This document shows, in pieces, positions 25,211 through 39,229 of a stretch of DNA of 64,000 nt. The translations under genes were made by a program, and so were the position numbers. Every line of letters begins with the position of its first letter. Positions within the stretch are counted from its first letter, which is position 1. This DNA is from Antechinus flavipes. Lineage: Eukaryota. The notes beneath the pieces were generated by a model that worked only from the letters and a program-made list of their open reading frames with translations, was not told where the DNA came from and did not search any database. The stretch is from NCBI RefSeq assembly GCF_016432865.1, contig NC_067403.1, forward strand, positions 35,278,001 through 35,342,000. Reading direction: 5' to 3'.

Positions 25211-25731
<521 letters not shown>

Positions 25732-25732
25732 T

Positions 25733-25784
25733 GAAAATTCTAACGATAAAAAAAAAAAAAAACAGAAAAGAAAATTCTAACGAT
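25733..25784 (+). mobile_element. Poly(A)-only retroposition scar: 22-nt A-tract between 15-bp direct repeats
   Basis: gaaaattctaacgat (25733-25747) + A15-CAG-A4 (25748-25769) + gaaaattctaacgat (25770-25784). Confidence 0.7.
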
Positions 25785-26799
25785 GACTTGAAAATCTTAA
25801 TTGGACAACTTAAGCTTAATATAGCTATGCCCATTTTAACACCCACCCACACCCTACCAAAGGTAATCGAACTTTCATCCCTGTATTTAAAATAAATGTT
25901 TTGTTAAGCAAAACTATCTTTGTCAACCAGATTTCACGTCCAAATTGTCCTTGAAGTTTAACTTTTCTTATGAGATTTATCAATCCAATGATCTTAGAGC
26001 CATCTGGGTAGGACTGGTTTCTTGGTGTGATAAGCTAGTTAATTACAGAAGGAAACTGGGAAACATTTTATTGGAAGAAATGAACAGATTTTCTGATGAA
26101 TGTGAAGAACACAATAACAATACTGCTTTTAAGACAACCATAGGACCTAGAGTTTGGAAACGATAATGTTTATTCCACTCCCTTTAATTTTTAGATGGCA
26201 AAATTAAAGCCAGAAAGTAAATGAAACTTGACTGAAGCCATGATGCTAATAATTGGTAAAAATGTAGAACTCAAATTTCCTAACTCCTATATCAGTATTT
26301 GGGATGATAGACTCCCAGATTGCTTAAGGTTTGACGTAGTAACCTTAAAAATCACTTAGCTCATACACCCCATTTCCCAGATGAGAAAATAAAGTTTCCC
26401 AAAATCAAACAAATAATAAAAGAACCACCTGGTACATAGTTCAGTGCTTTTTCTTTTTACTATTGTAAAAATTGTAAATTCTCCCTAAGAATGAATAAAC
26501 ATAAGAAAGTTGAATTTCAATCTCTAGCTCTATTATATACTAATTTATAGCCTAATTTAAGGAACTATCCCCATGTTCTGCCCAAGAATTACTGAGTGTG
26601 GACAAATGTGACAAATTTTATTTGTGGATAAATATGACAAATATAACTAATAATTCATCACTAATTAACAAATGAGTAAATTGTATCTCTTCCATATCTC
26701 TGATGAATGCATTCTTTCACGGATGTGGGCAATCCTTAATTGTGCAAATAGAAACCCATCCCTGCCTTTTTGTCCATGTTTTTCATAAATTATCTTGAA

Positions 26800-27400
26800 T
26801 CAAGTTAGTGAGCATTTAAGTGCTTGCTATGTCCTGGTCATTGAGCTAAGAACTTGGAATACAAGTACAAGTGTTTGTCCTTGATCATAAAGAGCTTACA
26901 TTCTAATGAGAGAAGCGATCATGAAAAAAGGAACTTGAAAATGGAAGTGAGGAAGGGGAATTCAAGTTGGGGCATGGTGAAGAAAGTACCAGAAGATCAT
27001 GGTAGAGAAACTCCAGTAGGAAGTTATTCTTCACCCTTCATATCTGAGGATAAATGACATTATGATATTGGAGTCAAGGTAGAATATGTTTGAATGTGTC
27101 TAATATAAACTCAGGAGGTTGTACCACAGGTTGGGCATAAATAGTCTGAAGATTTGGGATGGAGATGTCCCTAGATTTGCACATCTCATATTTCCTTTGT
27201 GTTACTGTGATTCTGCTTTGCTATTGGAGCACATCACCTTCTTTGATGTGGGCAGGCCATAAAGATATGGCTGATCTGGATATTTCATTTAAAATGGAAT
27301 TTGTGGAAGGAGATAGCCAAGCAGAGGAATGAGCACCGGGCTGGAGATTATGTACCAGAGGACTTCCTCTAGGTCTTTTAATATTTCCTTGGGAGTCATA
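26800..27400 (-). mobile_element. L2-tailed marsupial repeat, antisense (family uncertain)
   Basis: Starts with the L2 tail complement (gagcatttaagtgcttgctatgtcc...aagagcttacattctaatg); body not L2-like by eye. Confidence 0.4.
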
Positions 27401-30400
27401 TGACATTCAAGTTATCCATTCCTCATGCTTGCCATGTAACTGGTCCAGCTCATTGTTTGATGATAAATTTCTTTCATGATGGATTTTATTCTGTTTCTTT
27501 GTGCACAAGTCATCCTTGGTCATATGCTATAAACTATTTATCTTGATTGTAAATCCTCATTTGTAAAAATCAGGATAGTAAACTAGATGACCTTTTAAAG
27601 GACCCTTGGATACCATATTTATGGTGTCATAGTTAAGTGTGACAGTATGATAAATAATCTTTATTTTTACTCTTTTGTTACCTTGGGCTAATTTAGAGTG
27701 CTTAATGAAATTGGTTATGTTAAAAATCTTAAAAAGATCAAGACATAAATAATAATTTGATAATAGAAATGTCCAGCCAAACACAATCTGCTAATGTTCT
27801 AATCAATAAAGGACATTAGCCTATGATATATACATAATTCATTGGCCATTATTTTTTTGTTTGTAAAACCTTTGTGCCAAACAACCAGCAACCTAAATAT
27901 TCTCATCGTGCTTTTATATATTGTGTGAGTCTATACGTAGTAGGAAAGTCATTCTGCTGAACATCCTGCTAAGATAACACCAACTTTTCCATTTATACTG
28001 ATTAAGATGCAACCAAAGCCTCATAAACAAAGACTATTTGACATTCAACTGGCAAATGCATACCCTAGAGTCCCAAAGTTTGCTTTCATGAACGTTTCTC
28101 ATCAACATTGAAATTTCCTGCATGTATATTTGTTGATGCAGGGGACGGATATAAATCTGAATTCCAGACTAATAGAGCTTCTCCATATAAGGGTCTGCTG
28201 CATGGCTCCTACTGGTTTGATTTCAATCTAATAGAATTGGTCTAACAATGTCTATGGCATCAAATCTGATAGAAATGTGATAGATGAGTCTGAATGCAAG
28301 AGTTGTGGGTTCTTTCCATGGATCTTTTCACGGCTATCTATATGTTCTAAATCCTGCTTTCTATTCTCTGACCCAGGGACATCTCCAGATATGAGACTCA
28401 TATCTCTTATGAAAACTGAGAGAACTTAGTGTTCATTTGTTTTGGAATCATTGTACAAATAAGGACACTGAGGAAAAAGTGGAAAGTCACTTAGATTAGA
28501 AAGTAGCAAAGCAAAAACTAAAACCCCACTCATCTCAGACTCAGAACCTTCATCTCTTCATGATACCAGCTCATTTTCCTTCATAGGCCTTAACTCATAG
28601 GAGAAACTGATTTTGCCAAAAATTCATGCTTTTAGCTGAGGTTAATCATTCACACCAAGCTACAGGAATGGAGTTGGGATTGCTTAATGATCGGGATTTG
28701 GATTAGAAAGAGCAGGATTTGAATCGTGACTCTGCTTTCAATCTCTGTGACCTCAAACATGTTGTGCAACTTTCTGGATCCAAGTGTTCTCACCTGTAAT
28801 ACAAGGAAATTGTAATTAATTATTTCTCAAACCCTTGACAATTGTAAGTCCATGATTCTTCTTGACATTCCCCTCTTTCACTGTTGTCCAATTACTCTCT
28901 ATTTGTTTTGCTGCATACAGAGTCAGAGACATACATCCCATGTGTTTTCCACATAAACAGATCTAACCATCTCCCTTGACACTGGTGAGACTGTCCTGCT
29001 CCCTCACTTTGTCTCTTTCTATATGGGATCTACAATACCTCCCTCATACAACAGTGGGATTCTTCCAAACTTCCTTTCCCCTTCCCAATGATATTGGCTA
29101 TTGCTTCCCCAATGAATCACATGATAGTTTTTTAGAAATGTCTTATTGTCCTCTCAATATATTCCTACAAAGTCCTAGGACCACATGAACAAAGGACCCA
29201 GGATATCTTAATGACAGGAATTTACTGGGGGGAAGGAGAACTATCTTAATTGAAACTATATTCCAAGAATATTCCAAGGTCAATGCTCCTTTAGCCATGT
29301 GACATTTGAAAAGACCATAATCAGAGAAATGAATTTAGATTTGTTAACCAGTGAATGTCTAGAAAAATGCTAGAAAGATACTCTGTATGTCAGGATAAAG
29401 ACATTTTTTTCCCTAAGATTTAACTTTTGCTAGCTTTGCAATTAGTACAATGGGCTATTACTTCTTAGAGGATGTTTTTGAAAATTGCTTTATATGACCA
29501 TCACTAAGTACATGAAGTATGAGCCAGTTATAGTGTTAATACATAATAGCATCTTTCATAAAGGAATTGCAGTTTATAGCTCTACTTGAGCCAAAGGCCA
29601 CCAAGTCGATGAATCTGCTCATTCTGCCCCTTCTTCTCAGCTTAGTCCTACTTAGGAATGGGTCCATATAATTATGTCTCTCTGAACAATGGACAGACCA
29701 GTAGGATTTTCCTAATGTACTTGAAAGCAATTTTGGCCAGGTAGTACATAAGCATCAGCATATGGTGTCAGACTAAATTAAATTTTTGCTGTTTTCAAAT
29801 TAAGTAAGAACAATGACACATTTACTTATATTAATACAGAAGAATGGAGCCAATAGCTTTTAATCTTGTAAACCCTATTTAATTTAATTCCATAGGGCAG
29901 GAGGTGATGTGTTATTCCCATGTACTACCTCATAAAAAACATCTCTTTTCAGTGTGATAATAGTGGAGCCTAGAACTCCAATCTGAAGATACCTGAAATG
30001 AAAAAGTCCCAGGCAGAAGAAGCTCTCTCCCTCTTTGATTAATAGTGCTGTTTCTCTTGCTGCTGCCATAATTACTGCTTTGTTACAATAAGGCAGCCAG
30101 AGAGTTCATTCTTGGACTGACTACATGTGTTGGAACCTTCAACTGGATTATGTTAGCAAAGCAAAATGAAATTCCCTATTTTCCATGTAAATAGAAATTT
30201 TTCCCATGTTAAAACTGTTTCTATCCCTCCAGGATTGTAACGATTAGCCTCCTTTGTATAATGTCTTTCTTTCACAGCACTTAAAATATATTAGCCACAA
30301 GACTCTTAGCATCTTTAAGTCAGAAGGGTGGGGACATCATATGTAGTCACTTAAATATTGTCAGAAAATGTTTTTTAGATCTAATTTGTCAGTAAATTCT

Positions 30401-30628
30401 TCAGCTTCCCCATTATTTTTTGTTCCCTTCCCTTTTTGAGCCATCATTCCTTCCTTCCTTATTCATTATGATGATTTCTTCCCTTTTCTTGTCCTCCCAC
30501 AAGAGCAGAATCCTAGGCAAAATGGTCTTGAGGACTTTTGGAAGCTTTAACAATGGATAATATAACTTTGTGCCTGTCATTACTTTTTGTAGTATTGTAT
30601 GACCTTCATAATCAAAGTATTCATTCTT

Positions 30629-30929
30629 TTTTTTTTTTTTTAATCTCACCCATGCTGGACTTTCAGTGGCTAATCACAGGCTGAATCTCACTGCTGATTG
30701 GAACAGAAGCTTTAATCTACTGCAATTTTAACCTGAGATGGTTTTCTCCTCTTTAATTAGCTCATTAGGCCCACAGTTCCTGGGAGCTCACCATCTTCAT
30801 GGCAGTCTTGATGTAGACAACCCACTTGTTTCAACCCTATTGCTGCTCAGAACTTCTTAGCTCCAGCAGTCATACCACCTTAGGTTCCTCATTAGCAAGG
30901 ATTATAAGTGTGTACCACTATACTCAACC
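30629..30929 (-). mobile_element. 7SL-derived SINE (P7SL-like), full length with poly(A) and TSD
   Basis: Minus strand ggttgagtatagtggtacacacttataatcc...aagttctgagcagcaatagg...atggtgagctcccagg...ccagcatgggtgagatt-polyA follows 7SL collinearly; TSD aaa(g/a)tattcattctt at 30614-30628 and 30930-30944. Confidence 0.85.
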
Positions 30930-30949
30930 AAAATATTCATTCTTATACT

Positions 30950-32380
30950 CAAATAAATTCAATCAAATAAACATTTTAAAGCATCTACCATGTGGAACAA
31001 ACTAATAGACATTAAGACAGACAAAATTGAAAAGTTGATCTACTGGAGCACATGCATGGTATGTATATACATACAAGGTAACTTGAGGGAAGAGGAGGGG
31101 AAAGGAGGGGAGAGAAAAGAACAGGAGAAGAGAAGAGGGGAAAGGAAAGGAGAGTAGGAAGGAAGCAAAGGAGAGGTGATAGTAGGAGGGGAGGGAGAGA
31201 CAGACACACAGAAAGAACACATAAACCATTAGGACTATCAAGAAAGATTTCAGGTTGGAGATGGCAACCAATTTGAGCCTCAAAGTAAACAAAAGACTCG
31301 TAGGTATTGCTAAAGAAAGCATGCTATTCAGGTATAGGAGACAGCTGGTGCAAATACACAGGGGCAGGAGATGCTAGAAACAGGGAACAGTAGAAGTCTG
31401 AGGGAAATAAAGCATGCATGAAGTGGAAAAATACAAAATAAGTCTGGAGATGAGGCCAGCTTGTAAAAATCTTTAAACATGAGAGAAATGTATTGAGTAA
31501 TCTAGTAACAAAAGAGAGCTACTGACAATTTTTGAACTGCACAGTGACATGATCGGACCCATGCTATAGGAATATTATTTTGCTAACTCTGTGGAAATTG
31601 AATTAAAGGAATTCAGAATTGGGAATTCTAATTGGAAGGATTATTCACTAGGGTGGATGAGAGATGAAAAGGACCTACACTAAGGTGATGGCTGTGTGAA
31701 TGCAAAGAAATTATTATAAAGGGAACATTGAAGTTGAAATGACCATCAATTCAACTTGGCATTTAATGAGAATATATGGTATAAAGAACTTTGAGGATTC
31801 AAGTATGATTCTGAAGTTGAGAGCCTGGACAATGGAAAGGATGGCAGTGTTGACTAAAGAAGGAAAGTTTGGAAGACAGTTTGATTTAGGGGTTTAGAGA
31901 ATGGGATGGAAGATTATTAAGCTTCTGAAATCATTGAAATGATGTACAGACACAAGAGGAAGGGGGTCTAGACAGAGCCCTAGGCTATAGACACAATTAA
32001 AGGAAAAAGATGGATGATAATCTAGTCAGAGAGACAAGCTATCAGACAAATAGGAAGATAAACTTTTTGAGAAACATCACAAAAATCCGGGAAATAGAGA
32101 ATATTCCATATTAAGAAGAGGGAAAATTGTTTAGAACCATCAAAAGTTGCAGAGGTAAAGAAATATGAGGACTAAGAAAAGACTATTGGATTTAAACTAT
32201 TAAAAGCTAATTGATGACCTTGGAAATAGCAGTTTCAATTGTTTGATCATAAAAGCTTGAGAAGATGAGTATATAGGAGACTTTGGATGAAAGCAACTTT
32301 TTTCTATGAGTTTGGTGATAAAACAAAGGAGAGATATAGCTTGATATGAAGGCAGAATCAAGTGAAGGTTTACTAAAAGT
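30950..32380 (-). mobile_element. Long L2 fragment, antisense, containing a purine-rich microsatellite (about 31085-31200)
   Basis: aattcaatcaaataaacattttaaagcatctaccatgtg at the start, continuing in typical L2 antisense sequence. Confidence 0.6.
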
Positions 32381-33081
32381 GGGGAAAACCTCTGTGTGTG
32401 TATATGTGTAAATGATAAATATTTAACTTTGCTTTAAACTAACCAATTCCATTTCCTTGAACTGTTCTCGTGTGATCCATCCTTGTAATCATTTTGTTGC
32501 TCTTTCCTAAAACTTCCACACATTATTGATATATGCTATCAAAACAAGACACTGTTTCCCTTAGTGCCAAATGAAGGCAACATTGTTTTCTGACCTTTGC
32601 ACATAAAAATTCCTTGTTTCCCTGACAAGTCATTGAAGTTGGTACCCCTTATGAAAAGGGACCCTGAATCAAACTATTTGATCTACCTTTTCCTTTTAAT
32701 ACATACAGCACATTGTTCGCATATGTATTTATATGCTTATATATGTATATGCTCATATATATAGTAAATTTTTGTATATTCATATAGCCCCACAGCCTAC
32801 TATTTTTTTTTCAGTAAGAATTAGAAGCAAAAGTTGATCATGATACTCAAATTTTTATTTAGTTGGATTAAGACATTTCAAGGGTCAAAAAAAAAAAGAA
32901 ATTTTGCTTGTTTAGATTTATTCCACAGTCCATAGAGAGACAGATCTGCTAAAACATAGACTTTCCTATAGATGGCAATTTCATTTATAATTGCCATTAT
33001 AGAAATGAACATAATTACAGATGGATACAGAGCATACCTTGGTTAACCTCCCCCAGATTGCTGTAAAAATATAAACAACTT

Positions 33082-33546
33082 GAACTGATGCTAAGTGAAA
33101 TGAGCAGAACCAGGAGATCATTATACACTTCAACAACGATATCGTATGAGGACATATTTTGATGGAAGTGGATTTCTTTGACAAAGAGACCTAACTGAGT
33201 TTCAATTGATAAATGACAGACAGAAGCAGCTACACCCAAAGAAAGAACACTGGGAAATGAATGTGAACTATCTGCATTTTTGTTTTTCTTCCCGTGTTAT
33301 TTTTACCTTCTGAATCCAATTCTCCCTGTGCAACAAGAGAACTGTTCGGTTCTGCAAACATATATTGTATCTAGGATATACTGCAACATATCTAACATAT
33401 ATAAAACTGCTTGCCATCTAGGGGAGAGGGTGGAGGGAAGGAAAAATCGGAACAGAAACGAGTGCAAGGAATAATGTTGTAAAAAAATTACCCTGGCATG
33501 GATTCTGTCAATATAAAGTAATTATTAAATAAAAATTTAAAAAAAT
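33082..33546 (+). mobile_element. 5'-truncated marsupial L1, same family as 9974-10583
   Basis: About 90% identical by eye to the 3' part of the 9974-10583 copy; 13-bp TSD atataaacaactt at 33069-33081 and 33547-33559. Confidence 0.93.
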
Positions 33547-33829
33547 ATATAAACAACTTAATATTGATTCTCACCGCATTTTTTAAAGTGAGAGTTCCAA
33601 CTTGTCAGAATGAATAGGAGTGACTGTGATTCAGAGGCAATTTATTTTTATATTTCTTAACTATTATGTGTATGTGTGCATGTTACATATAAGTATGTGT
33701 GTCATGTATGTGTATGTCAGGGTTAATTTAATTTTTTCATTTTAATTTTTTCAACCCATATCCTCAATGTCTAGAATAGTACTTATCAAATAATAGGCCC
33801 TTAATAAATACACATTGATTGAAAAACAA

Positions 33830-34340
33830 AGTCACAGTTTCCAATATTTTTTATTAATTGCATTGATTTGTTTTGGGTTTACATTATATTGACAGATTAC
33901 TCCCACTCCAGGAGGGGACACGTTAGCAAAGTAAATGATCATGCAAAAATTAATAATACAGTGACTTCATTCTACATGCAATATTCTGCATCTGAAGTAC
34001 TCTCCTTTCTATTTTTAAGTTAACAAAAATCTTTTTTCTTCCCTCTCCACCACATTGAAAAAAAAATCATTTGTAACAAATACATAGTCAAACAAAATAA
34101 ATTCCCTTGTTATCTGTATACAAACATAAATATTTTTACATATTTATAGGTATATATAATATAAAATATGTTTATGTGCATGCAGATATGCATAAATATG
34201 CTATCATTCATGGAAGAAAAGTGAAATATTCTATGTGCAGAATGATACGTGTGTATATATATTTCTCTACCCTAAACCCTTCATCTCGTTACCATAAATG
34301 ATAACATATTTCATCACTGTTGCTCTAGAATAAAAAATGA
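33830..34340 (-). mobile_element. Old L1 3' UTR, antisense
   Basis: ttttttattaattgcattgatttg...atatttcatcactgttgctctagaa pattern. Confidence 0.5.
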
Positions 34341-34399
34341 TTATCACATTGAGATTCAAAAGATATTTAAAAAGAAAAGGTCTTATCTGTACAAAACTA

Positions 34400-34760
34400 G
34401 AAGCTTTTGTGAAAGATGAGAAATTGTTAACTATCAGAACCCCACCAATTGAAAAATGGAAAAATGGCTGGTAGAGTCATGGTTTATGATTGTGATAGTA
34501 TTCACTATTGTGCTCCAAGAAATAAGGAAGTAGGTTATTTCAAAAAATACATATAAAGATTTTTTATAAGCTGAAGCAGAGTAAATTGAGCAGAACCAGG
34601 AGAAAAAAAAAGACACTCTATCATCAATGTAATGAAAAAGAACAACTTTGAGAGACTTTATAAACTGATGAAGAATATGAAATGAGCACAACCAGAGCAG
34701 TGTATTTTCAATAATAACAACACTATATGAAAGAAAAAGCTTTGAAAGTTTTAAGAACAG
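34400..34760 (+). mobile_element. Old L1 ORF2 C-terminal remnant
   Basis: cccaccaattgaaaaatggaaaaatggctgg...gcagagtaaattgagcagaaccagg resembles the L1 ORF2 3' end seen in the younger copies. Confidence 0.6.
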
Positions 34761-35299
34761 ATTCTCATCTGTTTAATCACAAGCACTGATTCGTAGTCTA
34801 CTATATCTTGAAAAGTCCTTCTTGGTGATATTTATTTTATATTCACGAAAGTGTTCTACAATAGATTGTAGGTATGAGCAGAAATCATTACAAATATCCA
34901 TTCTTCCTCTAAGAAAGATCCTTTTTCATGCCATTCTTTAAAGGACCATTCTCAGTTAGTCAAAAATAATCCATAGAGCAAAGCAAGGTGATAGAGGACA
35001 TTATCTAGATAATTCTGAATTAAACAAAAAAGCTCGCTGTTGGTTTCCTTTTTTAATTAAGATTTAGATTTGATTCAATGAAATTCAACCAAGAATTAGT
35101 AAGCATTTATTTTTTATCACATGCTAGGTGTTGGGAAAAAAAAACGAAAACAAAACCTAAACCAGGCACTATCCTTGACATCGCAGGCTTAGGATCTAAT
35201 AGAGGGAAATGATACATACAAGTGAAACTAAATTTAATACCACTACACCATTTTTAATGTTCTATAAGGGGAAAAGTTTAAATCTCAGGGGAGTATGGT

Positions 35300-35585
35300 G
35301 GGGAGGGAGATAGGGAAAAAAGGAAGGAAGAGATATAGGGAGAAAGAGAGAGGGAGGAAAAGGGAGAGAGGGAAAGTGATAGAGAATAGGGATAGACAGA
35401 GACACAGATATAAACAGACAAGAACAGACAGAAACACAGATGACAAAGACAGAGACAGAAGCAGACAGAAACAGAGACACACAGAGACAGACAAGAACAG
35501 AGACAGAAACAGAGACAGTGACACAGAGAGAAACAGAAAGACAGAAAGAGAGACACAGAGACAGATAGACAAACCACAGAGAGAA
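35300..35585. repeat. Purine-rich low complexity, degenerate (AGAGAC)n
   Basis: Directly visible; source of spurious ORFs 35262-35651. Confidence 0.9.
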
Positions 35586-35821
35586 CATGGCAATCAGGTA
35601 CCATCCCACCTTGATGTTACTCCCATAGGTAAATCTGTCTCCTGTCTATAAGGACCTAAGGTCTTGCTACTAATGTTATAGCATAGGTAAATGTGTGAAG
35701 GATGCTGAGAGGATGCTTCTTCCTGATGGCCATCTCTCTCTCACACACACACTTCATTTTGTATACCTATTTATATATATGTGTTATATATATATGTGTT
35801 AAGGTATGTATACAAAGTGGG

Positions 35822-35838
35822 AGGAGAGAGAAAGAGAA

Positions 35839-35890
<52 letters not shown>
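35822..35890. repeat. (GA)n microsatellite
   Basis: Directly visible. Confidence 0.95.
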
Positions 35891-35895
<5 letters not shown>

Positions 35896-38800
35896 CACTT
35901 TTACAAGTCTCCATGTTCTTGGTTTAGTCTTTAGTGTTTTTGACATAATCTGGGTTCCAGTTCAAGCCACAAATTAGACAAGGGAAATATATAACATATC
36001 AAGAATGCTCTTAATGTTAATCAAAATAGTGCATAAAAATAGGTAAGAAAGGTGCAAGCAAACTCCAAGGGACTCCCACTCTTAATGGGAGGCAACACCT
36101 ATGAAAATCTTAGCAGCACATCAGACACGGTCTCGTGGTCGTAGAATAGAGGCAAGGTGGACATTATTTTTCCCTTTTTAATTTCATATTTATTAATAAA
36201 AGCACATTTGTTTCTGATTGAAGTTCAGTTGAACTGTTTGAGAGTACCAAGGACTTTGGTCCCAAGAACTTCGTTTTCCGCTTGGGTCTTCAATTGGTGA
36301 CTTATAGCACCTCCAGGGCAGTTGTTCACAGGATGATGGACTAGAAGCATTGCTGTTCCAAAAGGATCTTGGGCTGTATCCATTAAAGTAGAATGGGAGA
36401 TAGTGATGGCTGGATTTCCTGATACATGTGGCCTTCTGTCTCTTCCTCAGAGTGTCTCATTACTTCAGTTAAGCTCCCTTGCCTGCCCTAGGAATGGTAG
36501 GTGGTTGGAATTTTGTGGGAATGACTGGTCCCTCCTTCACAGGAGTTACTTCCCCAGATGGATGATGGCTGTGAGAGCTGGAGTGGAAGCAGGATTTGGA
36601 TTCTATTACTCATACTACCCCTTCCAAGGCTCATTAATGTATTAAGGCTCCTGTTAATCTCAGGGGGTCAGCATTTACTGCCAGTGATGATGAGAAAGAT
36701 GAGCCAAATATCAACGGGATACCTATTCAAGACACAAGTATTATTGATTGACAGAGGAGGTAGTAGTGGAGATCAAGAATTTGAACTGATGCACAGAAAT
36801 TTAGAATAAAAAGATTCTAAACCTAGGAACAACATAAACAAAGGCCTAGGTGGGAAAGTCAAGGGCATGTATAGAGTGTAGTAACGTGAAGGAAAGGGTG
36901 ATGGGATTACCTTAGTTTGACTAGCTAAAGGATTTAGAATAAAGAGAAGCAATATTTGAGAAGGTAAAAAGATGCCTTACTGTGGAGAGCCTTGAATGTC
37001 AGAATTAGAATTTTTAATCTTAGGATGTAATAAGCTTTGAGCAGGGAAGAGAGGAGATGAAGGATGCATCAGAATGATTGCAAATGAGTTGCACTTTTCT
37101 TATGTATATATCACATATATTTTCTTTTATAATTCTTTGTTTTTCACATCTTCCCTACTACACTCCTTGAAAGCAAAGACCAGTCTTATTGTAACATTTT
37201 TCCCCACAAAATGCACTATCTGACATACTGTTTGAATGCTTTTAGAGTAGCCTAGATGAGTAATAATAGTAGTCTAGGATGATAGTAGAGAGAATAGGGA
37301 GAAAATAACAGACAGAAAATGTTTTTCAGAATTTGATAGAATTTGTAACCGATTAAGTTATAAGAAGTAAAAAAGGAGGAGGAGCCAATAATAGGACCAT
37401 TGTGTGAATGGAGTAGGGGGATAGTGCCGCTGAAAGAAATAAAAAACTGAAATGGAAGAACAGGATTAAGAAAAAAATTAGCTGCATATTGGATACATTG
37501 AAATTGAAGTGGCAGGAAACACGCAGGTCCAAAAATCAGTCAGAAATGTCTTTGGGTCTCTATGATTCAGATTAGCTGCTTCTATAGCTTGAACTTCCTG
37601 CAAAATTGTTCAGATCCCCACATGAGTTTTCCCATATAGATGCAACCACTGACTTCCTTTGAAGTGTTCAATCAAAAAAAAAAAAAAACGTAGAGGATGA
37701 ATCAGACTTCCCTGGGCTCATGATGAGGTACTCGGCACAGAATGTCTAGCGGATTGTGGAAAATGAACTCGTGGCTGAGGTAGAGTTTGTAGATTATGAC
37801 TTGCTGGTATTGACAAATACATTCTGTTAAATTTAACCTGTTGCTTTAAATGAAAGGTGGAGAAAATGGGCTAACCATCAAGAAAGCAATTTGCTCACTT
37901 TCCACTAGAGTCATTTTCCACAACATGCTAAGGGGTATCACCTCCTTGTTATTCTTCTCTCAACGGGTAACTTTAAATTTGGAAATTACCTCAATGGAGT
38001 TTAGGAAAAGCAATTTGAAATGTTCTTGTGGAAAGTGGGTGCTATTTTTACCTCCCTAGGTTTTGTAAGAAAAGCATCCTTTTTTTTCAACTGTTTACAT
38101 ATGGAAACCTATACAATGAACTAGTTCTTGGAGAAGGTTGTAAATGTCCTTTCTTTGATTGAGATGCCTTTTGCCGGTCAACTATGAAATATTTCTTTCT
38201 CACAACTACACGATCAGCTTAAGCAATTATGGATTCGCCACAACCTTATATCTCATCTCTTACATCTTTTTAGAAGAAGTGCTAGGAATTGAATTGGGAA
38301 AAATCCTTAAATTTGCAGTCAGAAGACGAGGATTCAAATGTTGCCTTAGCTGAACAAATCACTTAACCTTTGTTTTTCCTCATCTGTAAAATGGGGATAC
38401 TAACACCTATTCTGCATGCCTTTTAGGGATTGTAAGGAAATGTTATAATACACAAAACATTTTCTAAAATGAAGAATGTCATATAAATATCAATTATTGT
38501 TACTAAATATTCACAAAACTAGATAAATATGTACTAGGAAATGTTTCTCTCGTGTCTAAATTGTTTCGTTTACTGTTTGTCTTTTGGTGGAAAAATACCA
38601 AATGTAATACATCAGGAAGCATTTGAAATATGAAAAAAAATCTATTCCCACACATCTCAGAAAGATATTATGACCTATAGAGTTCAGTTTTATTATTTTA
38701 AATGAACCATCTGTCAAGTACTTTCTAAGAAGTCACATATTGCATTTATGAGTTTTTAAAAAATAACTTTCTCCTACTGTTCACTCAACTCAATCCCCCT

Positions 38801-39229
38801 AAATAATCCCAGTTTTCATGAAAATAGTTCCTACTTTTCTTTTCATTCCTGGAAGAAGCAATCAGTCAACAAGTATTTATTAGTCATCAATAAGCATTTA
38901 TTAAGTACCAACTATATACTACAGAGTGTTGGACTAAGGAAAGAATAAATTCCTCTCACTCCCTTTTTATATTTCTAGACAGATCATCAATACAGTCTAG
39001 CTCTCTTGTTATTCTTTCTTTTTCTGTTCCTTTTAAATGACTTTCCGTGTCATACCTTTTTGCCACATGTAAGCTATTGGTCCCCAAACTGGAAAACTCA
39101 TCCCAGGAGTTGCTTCAAAGAATAAACAGAAACAGTCTATGCTTTGAAGGAGTTCATGTTCTAAGAGGTGAAGGGAAAAAGATGTACCTCTGTATGCATC
39201 TATAGTATACCAGTAAATAGGTGCATAAA

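Noticed and set aside
26597-26642. 20-bp motif repeated at 26-bp period (tgtgga[c/t]aaat[g/a]tgacaaat)
   Set aside because: Ordinary small slippage duplication, two copies only.
35262-35651. Several 100-120 aa ORFs on both strands
   Set aside because: Translations of AG/AC-rich low-complexity repeat that lacks stop codons.
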